Below, piece after piece: positions 42,050-52,439 of a stretch of 54,422 nucleotides of DNA. The stretch spans positions 1 to 54,422 of the forward strand of contig JAFUWA010000010.1 in assembly GCA_017477355.1 (NCBI GenBank). Reading direction: 5' to 3'. Each line of letters starts with the position of its first letter. The stretch's first letter is position 1. Position numbers and translations under genes: made by a program. The notes under the pieces are model-generated. The model had not been told where the DNA came from, searched no databases, and saw nothing but the letters and a program-made list of their open reading frames with translations. The DNA is from Clostridia bacterium (GTDB taxonomy: Bacteria; Bacillota; Clostridia; TANB77; CAG-508).

Positions 42050-42613
42050 ATGTTTATTTATAACATTCAATTTGGAAAAAAAAGACTTGGAAAAATAGTA
42101 ATTATTCTCTTTTCTACCATTTGTCTTATTCTTCTTGCTATCTCAATTAGTAAAATTTTAGGAGAAATAAAAGAGGAAAAGCAAAAGGAACTTGTGAAAG
42201 ATGATTTTTCAATCCCATCTCCAGATATTGCAGAACTAACTTCTGAAAACTATTGCAATATCTTGAAAGAAGTCCATGAAGATTTAAACACATATATTGG
42301 TCAAAAAATTACATTTACAGGATATGTTTATCGTGTTGCAGATTTAAAAGAGAACCAATTTATATTAGCAAGAGACATGATTATCAATAGTAAAAATCAG
42401 TCCGTTGTTGTTGGTTTCTTATGCGAATATGGAAAAGCAAAAGAATTAATAAATGATAGTTGGGTCAAAATAACTGGAACAATTACAAAAGGAAATTATT
42501 ATGGAGAAATTCCTATCATTAAAATAGATACATTAGAAGAAACTTCTATTCCTAATAATCCTTTTGTTACTCCTCCCTCAGATTCTTATGTACCGACATC
42601 AATTATATATTAA
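42050..42613 (+). CDS. Membrane-anchored protein resembling the DUF1980/TIGR03943 C-terminal domain
   Basis: N-terminal TM, Y.GQKI.FTGYVYR, QFILAR, VVGFLC, DSWVKITG. Confidence 0.65.
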   Translation: MFIYNIQFGKKRLGKIVIILFSTICLILLAISISKILGEIKEEKQKELVKDDFSIPSPDIAELTSENYCNILKEVHEDLNTYIGQKITFTGYVYRVADLKENQFILARDMIINSKNQSVVVGFLCEYGKAKELINDSWVKITGTITKGNYYGEIPIIKIDTLEETSIPNNPFVTPPSDSYVPTSIIY

Positions 42614-42635
42614 AAAGCGCCCTAAACGGCGCTTT
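42614..42635. terminator. Bidirectional terminator between convergent genes
   Basis: AAAGCGCC-CTAAAC-GGCGCTTT. Confidence 0.75.
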
Positions 42636-43388
42636 CTATTTTATATTTCTATTTCTTAAAATTTCATTATTGATAACAGCATCTTCAGCCCCTTCTAAAA
42701 GCTCTGGATGTTTTTTACGCATACGTTTTTCTTCTCTTTTTCGTTTTTTCTCCTCAATTCGTTCTTGTTCCTTTTTTCTTGCTACAATTTCGTCTAGTGT
42801 TAAACTCTTTTCATAATCAACTGTAGCTTGAGCAGGACGCTCATAGATTTCTGTCTCAATAATTTCCTGTTTTTTAGGAAGACTCACTCTTGACTCTTGA
42901 ATGTAGTATTCTAAGACTTTTCTATCATTGCGATTCAAAGAGTCTAAATCTATTTGTAAGTTTTCATATCTCCAGATTAAATGTAGTTCTTCTAAAGAAT
43001 AATTAGAATTTAGCAAATCCTCAAATCCATATTTTACAATAAATTTTTTGCTTGAACAAACAATATCAATCGTTGTAAATTTTAGATTTCTCTTCTTTTC
43101 ATAACTGTCCCTTAACTTTTTTATAACATTATACAAACTTGTGATTAGCCTTGAATAACCTTCCTCATCTATGTCAAAAAGACTAGGTACCTCATAGCAA
43201 TTAACAGGTTTTCTTTTTAGGATTCCTTTTGGGATATAGTAAACAAATAATTCTCCTTTAGGAATTTGATTTGGAATATCAATAATAGAAGTGTGAAGAA
43301 AAACGGTTTTCCAGCTTTCAGGAATCATCTCAAAAAGATGATCTTGAATTTGCATATAAAATTCTTGTTCTCCTGAAAATCCTACCAT
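42636..43388 (-). CDS. DUF600/YezG-like protein with charged C-terminal extension
   Basis: Y.QI...L.EMIPESW..V.L, ELFVYY, WRYE.L pattern typical of DUF600. Confidence 0.65.
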   Translation of the reverse strand: MVGFSGEQEFYMQIQDHLFEMIPESWKTVFLHTSIIDIPNQIPKGELFVYYIPKGILKRKPVNCYEVPSLFDIDEEGYSRLITSLYNVIKKLRDSYEKKRNLKFTTIDIVCSSKKFIVKYGFEDLLNSNYSLEELHLIWRYENLQIDLDSLNRNDRKVLEYYIQESRVSLPKKQEIIETEIYERPAQATVDYEKSLTLDEIVARKKEQERIEEKKRKREEKRMRKKHPELLEGAEDAVINNEILRNRNIK

Positions 43389-43406
43389 TTTTCTTCTCCT
43401 ACGTAT

Positions 43407-43453
43407 TCTAATATCTAATATCTAGTATCTAGTATCTAGTATCTAATATCTAG
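43407..43453. repeat. Heptamer tandem repeat (TCTARTA) x6 plus a partial copy
   Basis: tctaata tctaata tctagta tctagta tctagta tctaata tctag between the gpmI stop and the next RBS. Confidence 0.9.
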
Positions 43454-44985
43454 ATCAATAAACTTTCTCCAGTCATCTCGTGAGGTTTATCTAATCCCAT
43501 TAAATCCAACATTGTTGGAGTTAAATCAGCTAAGCGACCTTCTTTTAATTTTCTGTTTGGTCTACCTACCATTGCTAAAGGCACTGGATTTGTTGTATGA
43601 GCTGTATGTGGCTCACCTGTTTTATAATCTATCATTTGCTCACAATTTCCATGGTCAGCAACAATTAATAATACACCACCATTTCTTTCAATTGCTTCAA
43701 CAACTCTTTCTACACAACCATCTAGATATTCTAAAGCTTTGATAACAGCTTCTAAGCTTCCTGTATGTCCTACCATATCAGGGTTAGCATAATTTAAAAT
43801 AATTGCATCATATTTACCTGAATCAATTGCATTTACTACATTTACTGTTACTTCTTCTGCACTCATCTCAGGTTTCATATCATAAGTTTCAACTTTTGGA
43901 GATGGAACTAAAATTCTATCTTCACCTGGATATTGCTCTTCTTTACCACCATTGAAGAAGAAAGTAACATGTGCATATTTCTCAGTTTCTGCAATTCTTA
44001 ATTGAGTCATACCAAGTCCAGAAATATATTCTCCAAATGTATTTTTTAATTCTTCTTTTTTGAATGCAACATCTACGTTTGGCATTGTTTCGTCATATGG
44101 TGTCATACATACAAAATATGTTTTGAAGAAATTATCTCTTTGGAATCCATCAAAATCAGGATCAACAATTGTTCTTGTAATTTCTCTTGCTCTATCTGGT
44201 CTAAAGTTGAAGAAGATAACAGAATCATTTTCCTCAATTTTGGCAACTGGTTCACCATTTCCATCTACAATAACTGTTGGCTTAATGAACTCATCAAATT
44301 CTTCTCTTTGATAAGACTCTTCAACAGCTTGTATTGCAGAATTTGCTTTTTCTCCTTCTCCTTTAACCATTGCATTATAAGCAAGTTCAATTCTATTCCA
44401 TCTTTTGTCTCTATCCATACTATAAAATCTACCACTAACTGTAGCAATCTTTCCTACACCTTTTTCAGAAATTTTCTTTTCTAAGTCAGTAATGTAAGTC
44501 TCTCCAGATGCTGGTGGAGTATCTCTTCCATCCATAAAGCAATGTACATAAACATCTTCAAAATCTTTTCTTTTAGCCATTTCTAACAATCCATATAAAT
44601 GTCTATTATGGCTATGAACACCACCGTCAGAAACTAATCCAATTAAATGTAATTTTGAATGATGTTCTTTACAATTTTCAACTGCTTTTACAAATTCTGG
44701 AACACTAAAGAAATCTCCATCTTCAATTGATTTGTTAATTTTTTGTAAATCTTGATATACAATTCTACCTGCACCAATATTAGTATGTCCAACTTCACTA
44801 TTTCCCATTTGTCCATCAGGAAGTCCAACATCTCTACCACTTGTATGAATAATTGTATTAGGATTCTCTGTTAAAATCCTGTCTAAGTTTGGAGTATTTG
44901 CAAGTTTTACTGCATTTCCTTCTTCTTTTTCGTTGATTCCAAATCCATCTAGAATCATTAACATTGTAACTTTTTTATTTTCCAT
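43450..44985 (-). CDS. gpmI: 2,3-bisphosphoglycerate-independent phosphoglycerate mutase
   Basis: ILDGFG, GQMGNSEVGH, AETEKYAHVTFFFNGG, NPDMVGHTG, ADHGN. Start taken at ATG 44985. Confidence 0.97.
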   Translation of the reverse strand: MENKKVTMLMILDGFGINEKEEGNAVKLANTPNLDRILTENPNTIIHTSGRDVGLPDGQMGNSEVGHTNIGAGRIVYQDLQKINKSIEDGDFFSVPEFVKAVENCKEHHSKLHLIGLVSDGGVHSHNRHLYGLLEMAKRKDFEDVYVHCFMDGRDTPPASGETYITDLEKKISEKGVGKIATVSGRFYSMDRDKRWNRIELAYNAMVKGEGEKANSAIQAVEESYQREEFDEFIKPTVIVDGNGEPVAKIEENDSVIFFNFRPDRAREITRTIVDPDFDGFQRDNFFKTYFVCMTPYDETMPNVDVAFKKEELKNTFGEYISGLGMTQLRIAETEKYAHVTFFFNGGKEEQYPGEDRILVPSPKVETYDMKPEMSAEEVTVNVVNAIDSGKYDAIILNYANPDMVGHTGSLEAVIKALEYLDGCVERVVEAIERNGGVLLIVADHGNCEQMIDYKTGEPHTAHTTNPVPLAMVGRPNRKLKEGRLADLTPTMLDLMGLDKPHEMTGESLLI

Positions 44986-45050
44986 TTTCTCCTCATTTCT
45001 AGCCGTAGCAATAACGCTCACGCTATCGCGATGCAAGGACGGCACCTATT

Positions 45051-45803
45051 TTACGCATCATAATTAACAATCTTACTGAACTCTTCTGGTTTTAAGCTAG
45101 CTCCTCCAACTAATCCACCATCAATATCAGAAGTTGTAAATAATTCTTTTGCATTAGAAGATTTTACACTTCCACCATATTGAATAATTACTTCTTCAGC
45201 AACATCATTTCCAAATAACTCTGCAATTTGATGTCTGATTGTTTTAATCATATTATTAGCATCTTCGCTTGTAGCTGTTTTACCAGTTCCAATTGCCCAG
45301 ATTGGTTCATATGCTATTATTGTATTTTTAACTTGTTCATTTGTCAAGCCTTCTAAGTCAAGTTTTACCTGTGTTGTTACAACTTCTTCTGCTGTACCTG
45401 CTTCTCTTTGTTCTAATTTTTCACCAACACAAACAATTGGTTTTAATTCATTTTCAAAAGCAGCTTTAATTTTTTTGTTAACTGATTCATCAGTCTCATT
45501 AAAATATTCTCTTCTTTCGCTATGTCCAATAATTACATATTCAACACCGATTGATTTTAACATTTTTCCTGAAACTTCTCCAGTGTATGCTCCTGATTCT
45601 GCAAAGTGCATATTTTGAGCACCAATTTTAATGTTTGTTCCTTGTGCATTCATTAAACAATAAAATAAATCTGTATAAGGAACACACAAAATAACTTCAT
45701 TTTTTGTATCTTTTACAAGAGGTTCAAACTCCTCAATGTAAGCAATTGCTTCATTTGGAAGCATATTCATTTTCCAGTTTCCTGCGATTACTTTTCTTCT
45801 CAT
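45051..45803 (-). CDS. tpiA: Triosephosphate isomerase
   Basis: AGNWKMN, IGHSERR, AYEPIWAIGTG, YGGSV, LVGGASL. Confidence 0.98.
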   Translation of the reverse strand: MRRKVIAGNWKMNMLPNEAIAYIEEFEPLVKDTKNEVILCVPYTDLFYCLMNAQGTNIKIGAQNMHFAESGAYTGEVSGKMLKSIGVEYVIIGHSERREYFNETDESVNKKIKAAFENELKPIVCVGEKLEQREAGTAEEVVTTQVKLDLEGLTNEQVKNTIIAYEPIWAIGTGKTATSEDANNMIKTIRHQIAELFGNDVAEEVIIQYGGSVKSSNAKELFTTSDIDGGLVGGASLKPEEFSKIVNYDA

Positions 45804-45818
45804 ATATTCATTTCCTTT

Positions 45819-46781
45819 CTAATCTAATAATTTGTCAATCTCATCTTTATATTTTTCAAAAATTGTTTGAAATATTAATTTTAATGTATCTGTTATATTA
45901 ACATCATATGCCATTTTAGCATTTGATTTACGTCCACTTTTTTCAAATTCATAATCAACAATAGATTGTCCTATATTTTCTGGATTAATAGAGACTTCAA
46001 TAAATGCGTCTCTTAATTCTAATAAATGATTATCTGCAAGATAAGCTACTGTTAAAGCATCATTGATAATTACTCCGTCTACTTTTTCAGCTTTTCTATC
46101 AAACTCTGCACCTATTCTCGTAATATCATATAAGAACTTAGCTAGTTCATCCTCTTTTTTACCTAGTAAAAAGTTTTCTAATTTAGAATTTAATACTACC
46201 TTTCTTGTAACATTTAGCCCAACTGTTATTATTTCTTTGAATCCGGCTTCATATACAATTTTAGCTGCATCTGGATCTTTATAAAAATTAAATTCAGCCG
46301 TAGGAGTGATATTTCCTCTTTCACTAGATCCACCCATTATTACTAATCGTTTTACATTTTTAGCGAAATTAGCATCTTTCAAAACAGCTTTTGCAATATT
46401 AGTAAGTGGCCCTATTGGAACAATTGTTATTTGACCAGGATTCTCATTAACAGTTTTAATTAGAAAATCTATAGCATTGTCCTCTTCTGGTTTTCTAATT
46501 GGATCTGAAACATTTACTCCACCAAGTCCATTTGTTCCATGCACATGTGATGCATCACTTCCTTCAAACGCTAATGCCTTATCCATACCAGCATAAACTG
46601 GAATATTATTTTCTCCAGCCATTTCTAGTGTTTTTAAAGCATTACGAGTAGCATTTTCTAATGAGCAATTTCCATTAACGGTTGTAATTCCTAATATATC
46701 AAATTGCCTTGATTTAACTGCAAATAATATCGCAACAACATCATCTACACCAGGATCTGTATCAATAATTATTTTTTCCAT
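45819..46781 (-). CDS. Inosine/uridine-preferring nucleoside hydrolase
   Basis: IIDTDPGVDD, HG.NGLG, GPLTNIA, AEFNF..DP.AA. Confidence 0.92.
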   Translation of the reverse strand: MEKIIIDTDPGVDDVVAILFAVKSRQFDILGITTVNGNCSLENATRNALKTLEMAGENNIPVYAGMDKALAFEGSDASHVHGTNGLGGVNVSDPIRKPEEDNAIDFLIKTVNENPGQITIVPIGPLTNIAKAVLKDANFAKNVKRLVIMGGSSERGNITPTAEFNFYKDPDAAKIVYEAGFKEIITVGLNVTRKVVLNSKLENFLLGKKEDELAKFLYDITRIGAEFDRKAEKVDGVIINDALTVAYLADNHLLELRDAFIEVSINPENIGQSIVDYEFEKSGRKSNAKMAYDVNITDTLKLIFQTIFEKYKDEIDKLLD

Positions 46782-46790
46782 TCACTTCTC

Positions 46791-47699
46791 CTATAAAAGA
46801 TTTATTTCTTCCCTTGTTGGGATTGAACTTTGAGCACCTTTTCTAGTACAAACAAAGTTTGCAACCTTATTTGCTTTTCTAATAGAGTCATGGACACTCA
46901 TTCCTTCTGCTAGGCTAATAGAGAATGTAGCTAAAAAACTATCTCCAGCAGCAGTTGTATCTACTATTTTAACATCAGGAACTTCAAAAAGTTCACACTC
47001 CTTTTCATTAATTAATAATGCTCCTTTTTTTCCTAATGTTACAATAACGTTCTTTAAACCTTTCTGGTTTAATTTTCTAGCTGCTAAAACAATCTCTTCT
47101 GTTGTAGATGTAGGCATTCCTGTTAAAATAGAAAGTTCTGTTTCATTTGGTTTTGCAAAGTCAATTTTATCAAATACCTCTTCTAACACTTCACTTTGAG
47201 CTGGTGCAGGATCTAAAATTACTGTTTTGCCAAATTCTTTTGCACGTTTAATAACATATTTTACAGTATCAACTGGAATTTCCAATTGCATTAATACAAT
47301 ATCACATTCTCTTAATAATTCGATATTTTTGTCAATCATCTCAATTGTTACTAATTTATTAGTTCCTTGTATGACAACAATATTATTCTCACCGCTTTTA
47401 TCTACTGTAACAAAAGCACATCCTGTACTTTCATTATCAATAGTTTCAATAGGATTTGTATTAACATTTACAGACTTTAAATTATTTTTTAGAATTTCAC
47501 CTGACTCATCATTTCCAACAGCGCCAATCATTGAAACGTCTCCACCAATTTTTCCAATTGCATAAGCTTGATTAGCTCCCTTTCCTCCAGGTGACATCAT
47601 AAAATTGTTTCCTAGAACAGTTTCTCCTGGAGCTGGCATTTTATCAGTATTTATCACAAAGTCCATATTTAGACTTCCAATTACTAAAATCTTTCCCAT
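46791..47699 (-). CDS. rbsK: Ribokinase
   Basis: GSLNMD, PGGKGANQA, PNETEL, DTTAAGDSF. Confidence 0.93.
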   Translation of the reverse strand: MGKILVIGSLNMDFVINTDKMPAPGETVLGNNFMMSPGGKGANQAYAIGKIGGDVSMIGAVGNDESGEILKNNLKSVNVNTNPIETIDNESTGCAFVTVDKSGENNIVVIQGTNKLVTIEMIDKNIELLRECDIVLMQLEIPVDTVKYVIKRAKEFGKTVILDPAPAQSEVLEEVFDKIDFAKPNETELSILTGMPTSTTEEIVLAARKLNQKGLKNVIVTLGKKGALLINEKECELFEVPDVKIVDTTAAGDSFLATFSISLAEGMSVHDSIRKANKVANFVCTRKGAQSSIPTREEINLL

Positions 47700-47716
47700 A
47701 CTTTATCCTCTACTTA

Positions 47717-48901
47717 TTATTTATCTTGTAAAGCTTCAATTCCTGGTAACTTCTTTCCCTCTAAGAATTCTAGAGAAGCTCCACCGCCTGTTGAAATGTG
47801 TGTAAACTTTTCTGCTAATCCTGCTTTTTCAACAGCTGCAGCAGAATCTCCACCACCAATAATCTTAACAGCATCAATATCAGCTAATGCTCTAGCAATT
47901 GAGTTTGTTCCAATAGCAAATTGATCAAATTCAAATAAGCCAACTGGTCCATTCCAGATAACTGTTTTAGCATTTTGTAATTCTTTGCTATATAGTTCGA
48001 TTGTCTCTTGTCCAATATCGTATCCTTCCCAACCATCTGGAATTTCTGTATATTTAACTGTTTTACTTTCTGTATTTGGATCAAATTCTTTTCCAACTTT
48101 TGTATCAACTGGAAGCATGAATTTAACACCTTTATTTTTAGCTTTTTCCATAACTTCTCTCGCTAAATCCAATTTATCTAATTCGCAAATTGAATTTCCA
48201 ACTTCATATCCCATTGATTTAAAGAATGTATAAGCCATAGCTCCACCAATCATTAAAACATCAACTTTCTCTAATAAAGCGTCAATAACTCCAATTTTGT
48301 CAGAAACTTTTCTACCACCTAAAATAGCCATGAATGGTCTTTCTGGGTTCTCTAAAGCGCTTCCTAAGAAATTTAACTCTTTTTCAATTAAGAATCCTGA
48401 TACTGCTGGTAAGAAACTAGCAACACCTGTTGTAGAACTGTGTGCTCTATGAGCTGTTCCAAATGCATCATTAACAAATACTTCTGCTAAAGAAGCAAAT
48501 TTCTTTGATAATTCTTCATCATTCTTCTCTTCACCTGGTTCAAATCTAACGTTCTCTAATAACATTACTTCACCAGCACTTAAATTAGCTGCTAATTCTG
48601 TAGCGTCTGGTCCTACAACATCTTTTGCTAATTTTACTTCTTTTCCTAATAATCTTGTTAACTCTGCAGCCACAATATCCATAGAAAATTCTGGCTTAAC
48701 TTCTCCCTTTGGACGTCCTAAGTGTGAGCAAAGAATTACTTTGCAATCATTTTCTAATAAATATTTGATGGTAGGCAAAGCTGCTACAATTCTTCTGTTG
48801 TCTGTAATTTTTCTGTTCTCATCATATGGAACATTAAAATCGCATCTTACTAATACTTTCTTTCCTTTTAAATCAATGTCTCTGACTGTTTTCTTATTCA
48901 T
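47717..48901 (-). CDS. pgk: Phosphoglycerate kinase
   Basis: [40 protein letters not shown]. Confidence 0.98.
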   Translation of the reverse strand: MNKKTVRDIDLKGKKVLVRCDFNVPYDENRKITDNRRIVAALPTIKYLLENDCKVILCSHLGRPKGEVKPEFSMDIVAAELTRLLGKEVKLAKDVVGPDATELAANLSAGEVMLLENVRFEPGEEKNDEELSKKFASLAEVFVNDAFGTAHRAHSSTTGVASFLPAVSGFLIEKELNFLGSALENPERPFMAILGGRKVSDKIGVIDALLEKVDVLMIGGAMAYTFFKSMGYEVGNSICELDKLDLAREVMEKAKNKGVKFMLPVDTKVGKEFDPNTESKTVKYTEIPDGWEGYDIGQETIELYSKELQNAKTVIWNGPVGLFEFDQFAIGTNSIARALADIDAVKIIGGGDSAAAVEKAGLAEKFTHISTGGGASLEFLEGKKLPGIEALQDK

Positions 48902-49244
48902 TTTTTATTTTCCCCCTTTTTATTTTTAATAAAATACAAGCTTTTATAATTAAAGAAATAATTAATGCAATTTCTATTATAAAACAAAATCCATTAACTA
49001 AACTAAATGGTATATAATACTTCGGAGTTGTACCAATCATTACTCTATATAACTCTGGTGTAGTATTATATGGAAGATATGCGTTATTTTTAATAATTAC
49101 ATAAAAAATTACATTAAAAATAATCAAAAAACCAATCAATACTACCATAGCTATCACTAAATTTTTAATATATTTTTTAGTAGAATCTAGTTTCTTCTCA
49201 TTTTGAAAATTTTTTTTGATTTCATCAAATTGTATTTCTTTCAT
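48894..49244 (-). CDS. Hypothetical two-TM membrane protein between gap and pgk
   Basis: 116-aa ORF with two hydrophobic segments, GAAAGG RBS, overlaps the pgk start. Confidence 0.65.
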   Translation of the reverse strand: MKEIQFDEIKKNFQNEKKLDSTKKYIKNLVIAMVVLIGFLIIFNVIFYVIIKNNAYLPYNTTPELYRVMIGTTPKYYIPFSLVNGFCFIIEIALIISLIIKACILLKIKRGKIKNE

Positions 49245-49263
49245 ATATTACCTTTCAAATGAT

Positions 49264-49295
49264 AAAAGGAGATTAGCTTCCTGCCAACCTCCTTT
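49264..49295 (-). terminator. Terminator/attenuator after gap
   Basis: AAAGGAGGTTGGC-AGGAA-GCTAATCTCCTTTT. Confidence 0.65.
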
Positions 49296-49320
49296 GTATA
49301 TTTTCATATAATATTAATTA

Positions 49321-50367
<1,047 letters not shown>

Positions 50368-50516
50368 TTATCCTTATAAAGCATCTGTAAAATTTTGTCA
50401 TCTTAAAAATGACCATTGATATTCTATACCAAAATGTAAAATTTTTCAACCCCCTTTTTTAAATTTTGCAAAAATGCAAAAAAGAAGCATGATTGTCTAT
50501 CATCATCCTTCTTCTA

Positions 50517-51698
50517 TTAATTATCACTTTGTTCTTGTCCTTCTTGTTCTTTTGCTGTAGTTTGTTGCATAGTATGTTTTTCTTTTTCTCTTGCTTTTGC
50601 AGCTTTTTCATATTCTAATTGCACATATTGTTCTATCTTATCTGGAGATACTTGAAGTTTTTTCTCTAGTTGATATTTAATAATATCATAAATAAACTCA
50701 TCTTCCGTTCCTGTTTTTTCCAAATATTCATCTAATCGATGTAATTCGTTTTTTACACCTTTTAGACCATTTGTCCTTGTATTCCTATGATTGATAATTG
50801 CTTCATAAAACTCATTTATTTTTTGAGTATCTTCTCCATGTTCTAATAAGCTTTTTCTATCTGCAAGCAATTGTAATATATCCTTTTTAGTTCCATCAAA
50901 ATTATAAGCTCTTTGCAAACACGGATATTCCCTTACCATTTCAGGATGCATTTCGATATACCTAGATGCAATTGTTTCTACATGTAACATAAAATCATAT
51001 ACTCTTCCACTCGATGTTACAAGAGTTTTATCATAATAGTTTTTATCATACGAGCCCACAATTTCAGCTACTTTATCTTGTCTATATTGAGAATGCAAAT
51101 ATGGATTATACATCTGCATAGTAGTCATCGCTAACTTAAGCCCTAATTTTTGAGCCTGATTTTCTTTTAATAAATTATCATAAAATTCTTGATAAAATTT
51201 AGGATCTTCTTTTCTGGCAATTGTCTCTAAAGCCATTAAATATAATGATTTAGAGAGAGTTTGTTCTTTCCCCGCTCGCCTCATTAAGGTATTTTGCTGT
51301 GTATGGATAATTTCATGAAAAACAGTTTGTAATCCTCTTAGAAAACCTTCATGTGTATTACTCATCAAATTGTCTATAACAGCTGGAGAATATGTAACAG
51401 TATAAGTTTCATCACCATGATTCGTACACATAGCTTGACTAGTATCTCCAAACTTTTCACTATATTCTTCCTGACTCAACACTTTTACAGTAACTTTATC
51501 AAGCATATTTCCAACATTTGCACTTTTTCTAGCTAAGAAATTAGCTGTGAAAATAGCATCTTCTTTATCCCAATGTCCCAATTTTTCGTTCATCAAATAT
51601 CTCATTGCAGATTCAGCCAACCCTTTTTGTTCAGGATCTAATAAATTTAAAGTTTCAGAATTTGCTCTATACCAATTCTCTAATTCTGTTTGATTCAT
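50517..51698 (-). CDS. Hypothetical protein with HExxH zinc-metalloprotease-like motif
   Basis: TVFHEIIHTQQ with a downstream E (ENQA), 393 aa, own RBS. Confidence 0.6.
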   Translation of the reverse strand: MNQTELENWYRANSETLNLLDPEQKGLAESAMRYLMNEKLGHWDKEDAIFTANFLARKSANVGNMLDKVTVKVLSQEEYSEKFGDTSQAMCTNHGDETYTVTYSPAVIDNLMSNTHEGFLRGLQTVFHEIIHTQQNTLMRRAGKEQTLSKSLYLMALETIARKEDPKFYQEFYDNLLKENQAQKLGLKLAMTTMQMYNPYLHSQYRQDKVAEIVGSYDKNYYDKTLVTSSGRVYDFMLHVETIASRYIEMHPEMVREYPCLQRAYNFDGTKKDILQLLADRKSLLEHGEDTQKINEFYEAIINHRNTRTNGLKGVKNELHRLDEYLEKTGTEDEFIYDIIKYQLEKKLQVSPDKIEQYVQLEYEKAAKAREKEKHTMQQTTAKEQEGQEQSDN

Positions 51699-51726
51699 AC
51701 TTTCTCCCTATCTTCATTTCTAGAAG

Positions 51727-52321
51727 TTATATCAAATTTAAGAAATCAACAACACCATTTCGATTTCTTGTTGTAATTTCCTTATTATTTAAACCATCTA
51801 GTTCTTCTTGCGTGATATGCAGTCTTCCAAAATCCTGCTTCATATTAATCCATTCATGAATATCAATCTTATAAATTTTTCCGATTAGCAAATCCAACTA
51901 AAACAAATGCAATCGCTCCTAATTCTGAATATTTTAGCAAAGTTTCTCTTTGATGATCACTTAGTACTTGATAGCGAATTCTATCAGACTCTGTAAATTT
52001 CGCATCAAACACAACCGTTCTTCCTCCCTTGACAGTTCCTTTAAAGTCTGGTTGTGCACTTTTTTCAAAAACAGCTTCGAATCTTCCACCATCAACATAC
52101 TTTAAAATTTTCATAGGTTCTGGTGTTTTCTCAATTCTAGCTAATCCATTTAATTCATAAACTTGACAAATAGTATCAACTGTATCTTCGAAAATTTTAC
52201 CAAGTTCACGATTAATTTTTCCTTGCAATTGACGTGATGGATCATGTATTGCTTTTCCACGATTTGAGCTTCCACCTTGCTTTTTAATTAATTCTCTGTA
52301 TTCATCAACAGATATTCCCAT
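51727..52321 (-). CDS. recU: Holliday junction resolvase RecU family, 197 aa, requiring a +1 shift at CGGA (51883..51880)
   Basis: G..FE, IEKTPEP, PDFKG, FDAK.T, HQ...L, AFVLVGF. Skipping C51883 adds GKIYKIDIHEW...DFLNLI to TAA at 51729..51727. Confidence 0.85.
51880..51883 (-). other. CGGA +1 recoding site (recU codon 147)
   Basis: TTT GCT AAT C GGA AAA ATT TAT AAG ATT = F A N G K I Y K I. Confidence 0.8.
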
Positions 52322-52439
52322 AGCTACCTCTTCTTCATTTTACTTATTTCTATTTTATCATTATTTTTCTGACTGTCAACACTTATTCTTATTGCATTTT
52401 ATGTAAATCTGTAATATAATATTTTCATTGGAGGAAAAA

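Noticed and set aside
44986-45045. N-terminal extension MPSLHRDSV... of GpmI
   Set aside because: It is the structured intergenic spacer. The GAGGAG RBS points to ATG 44985.
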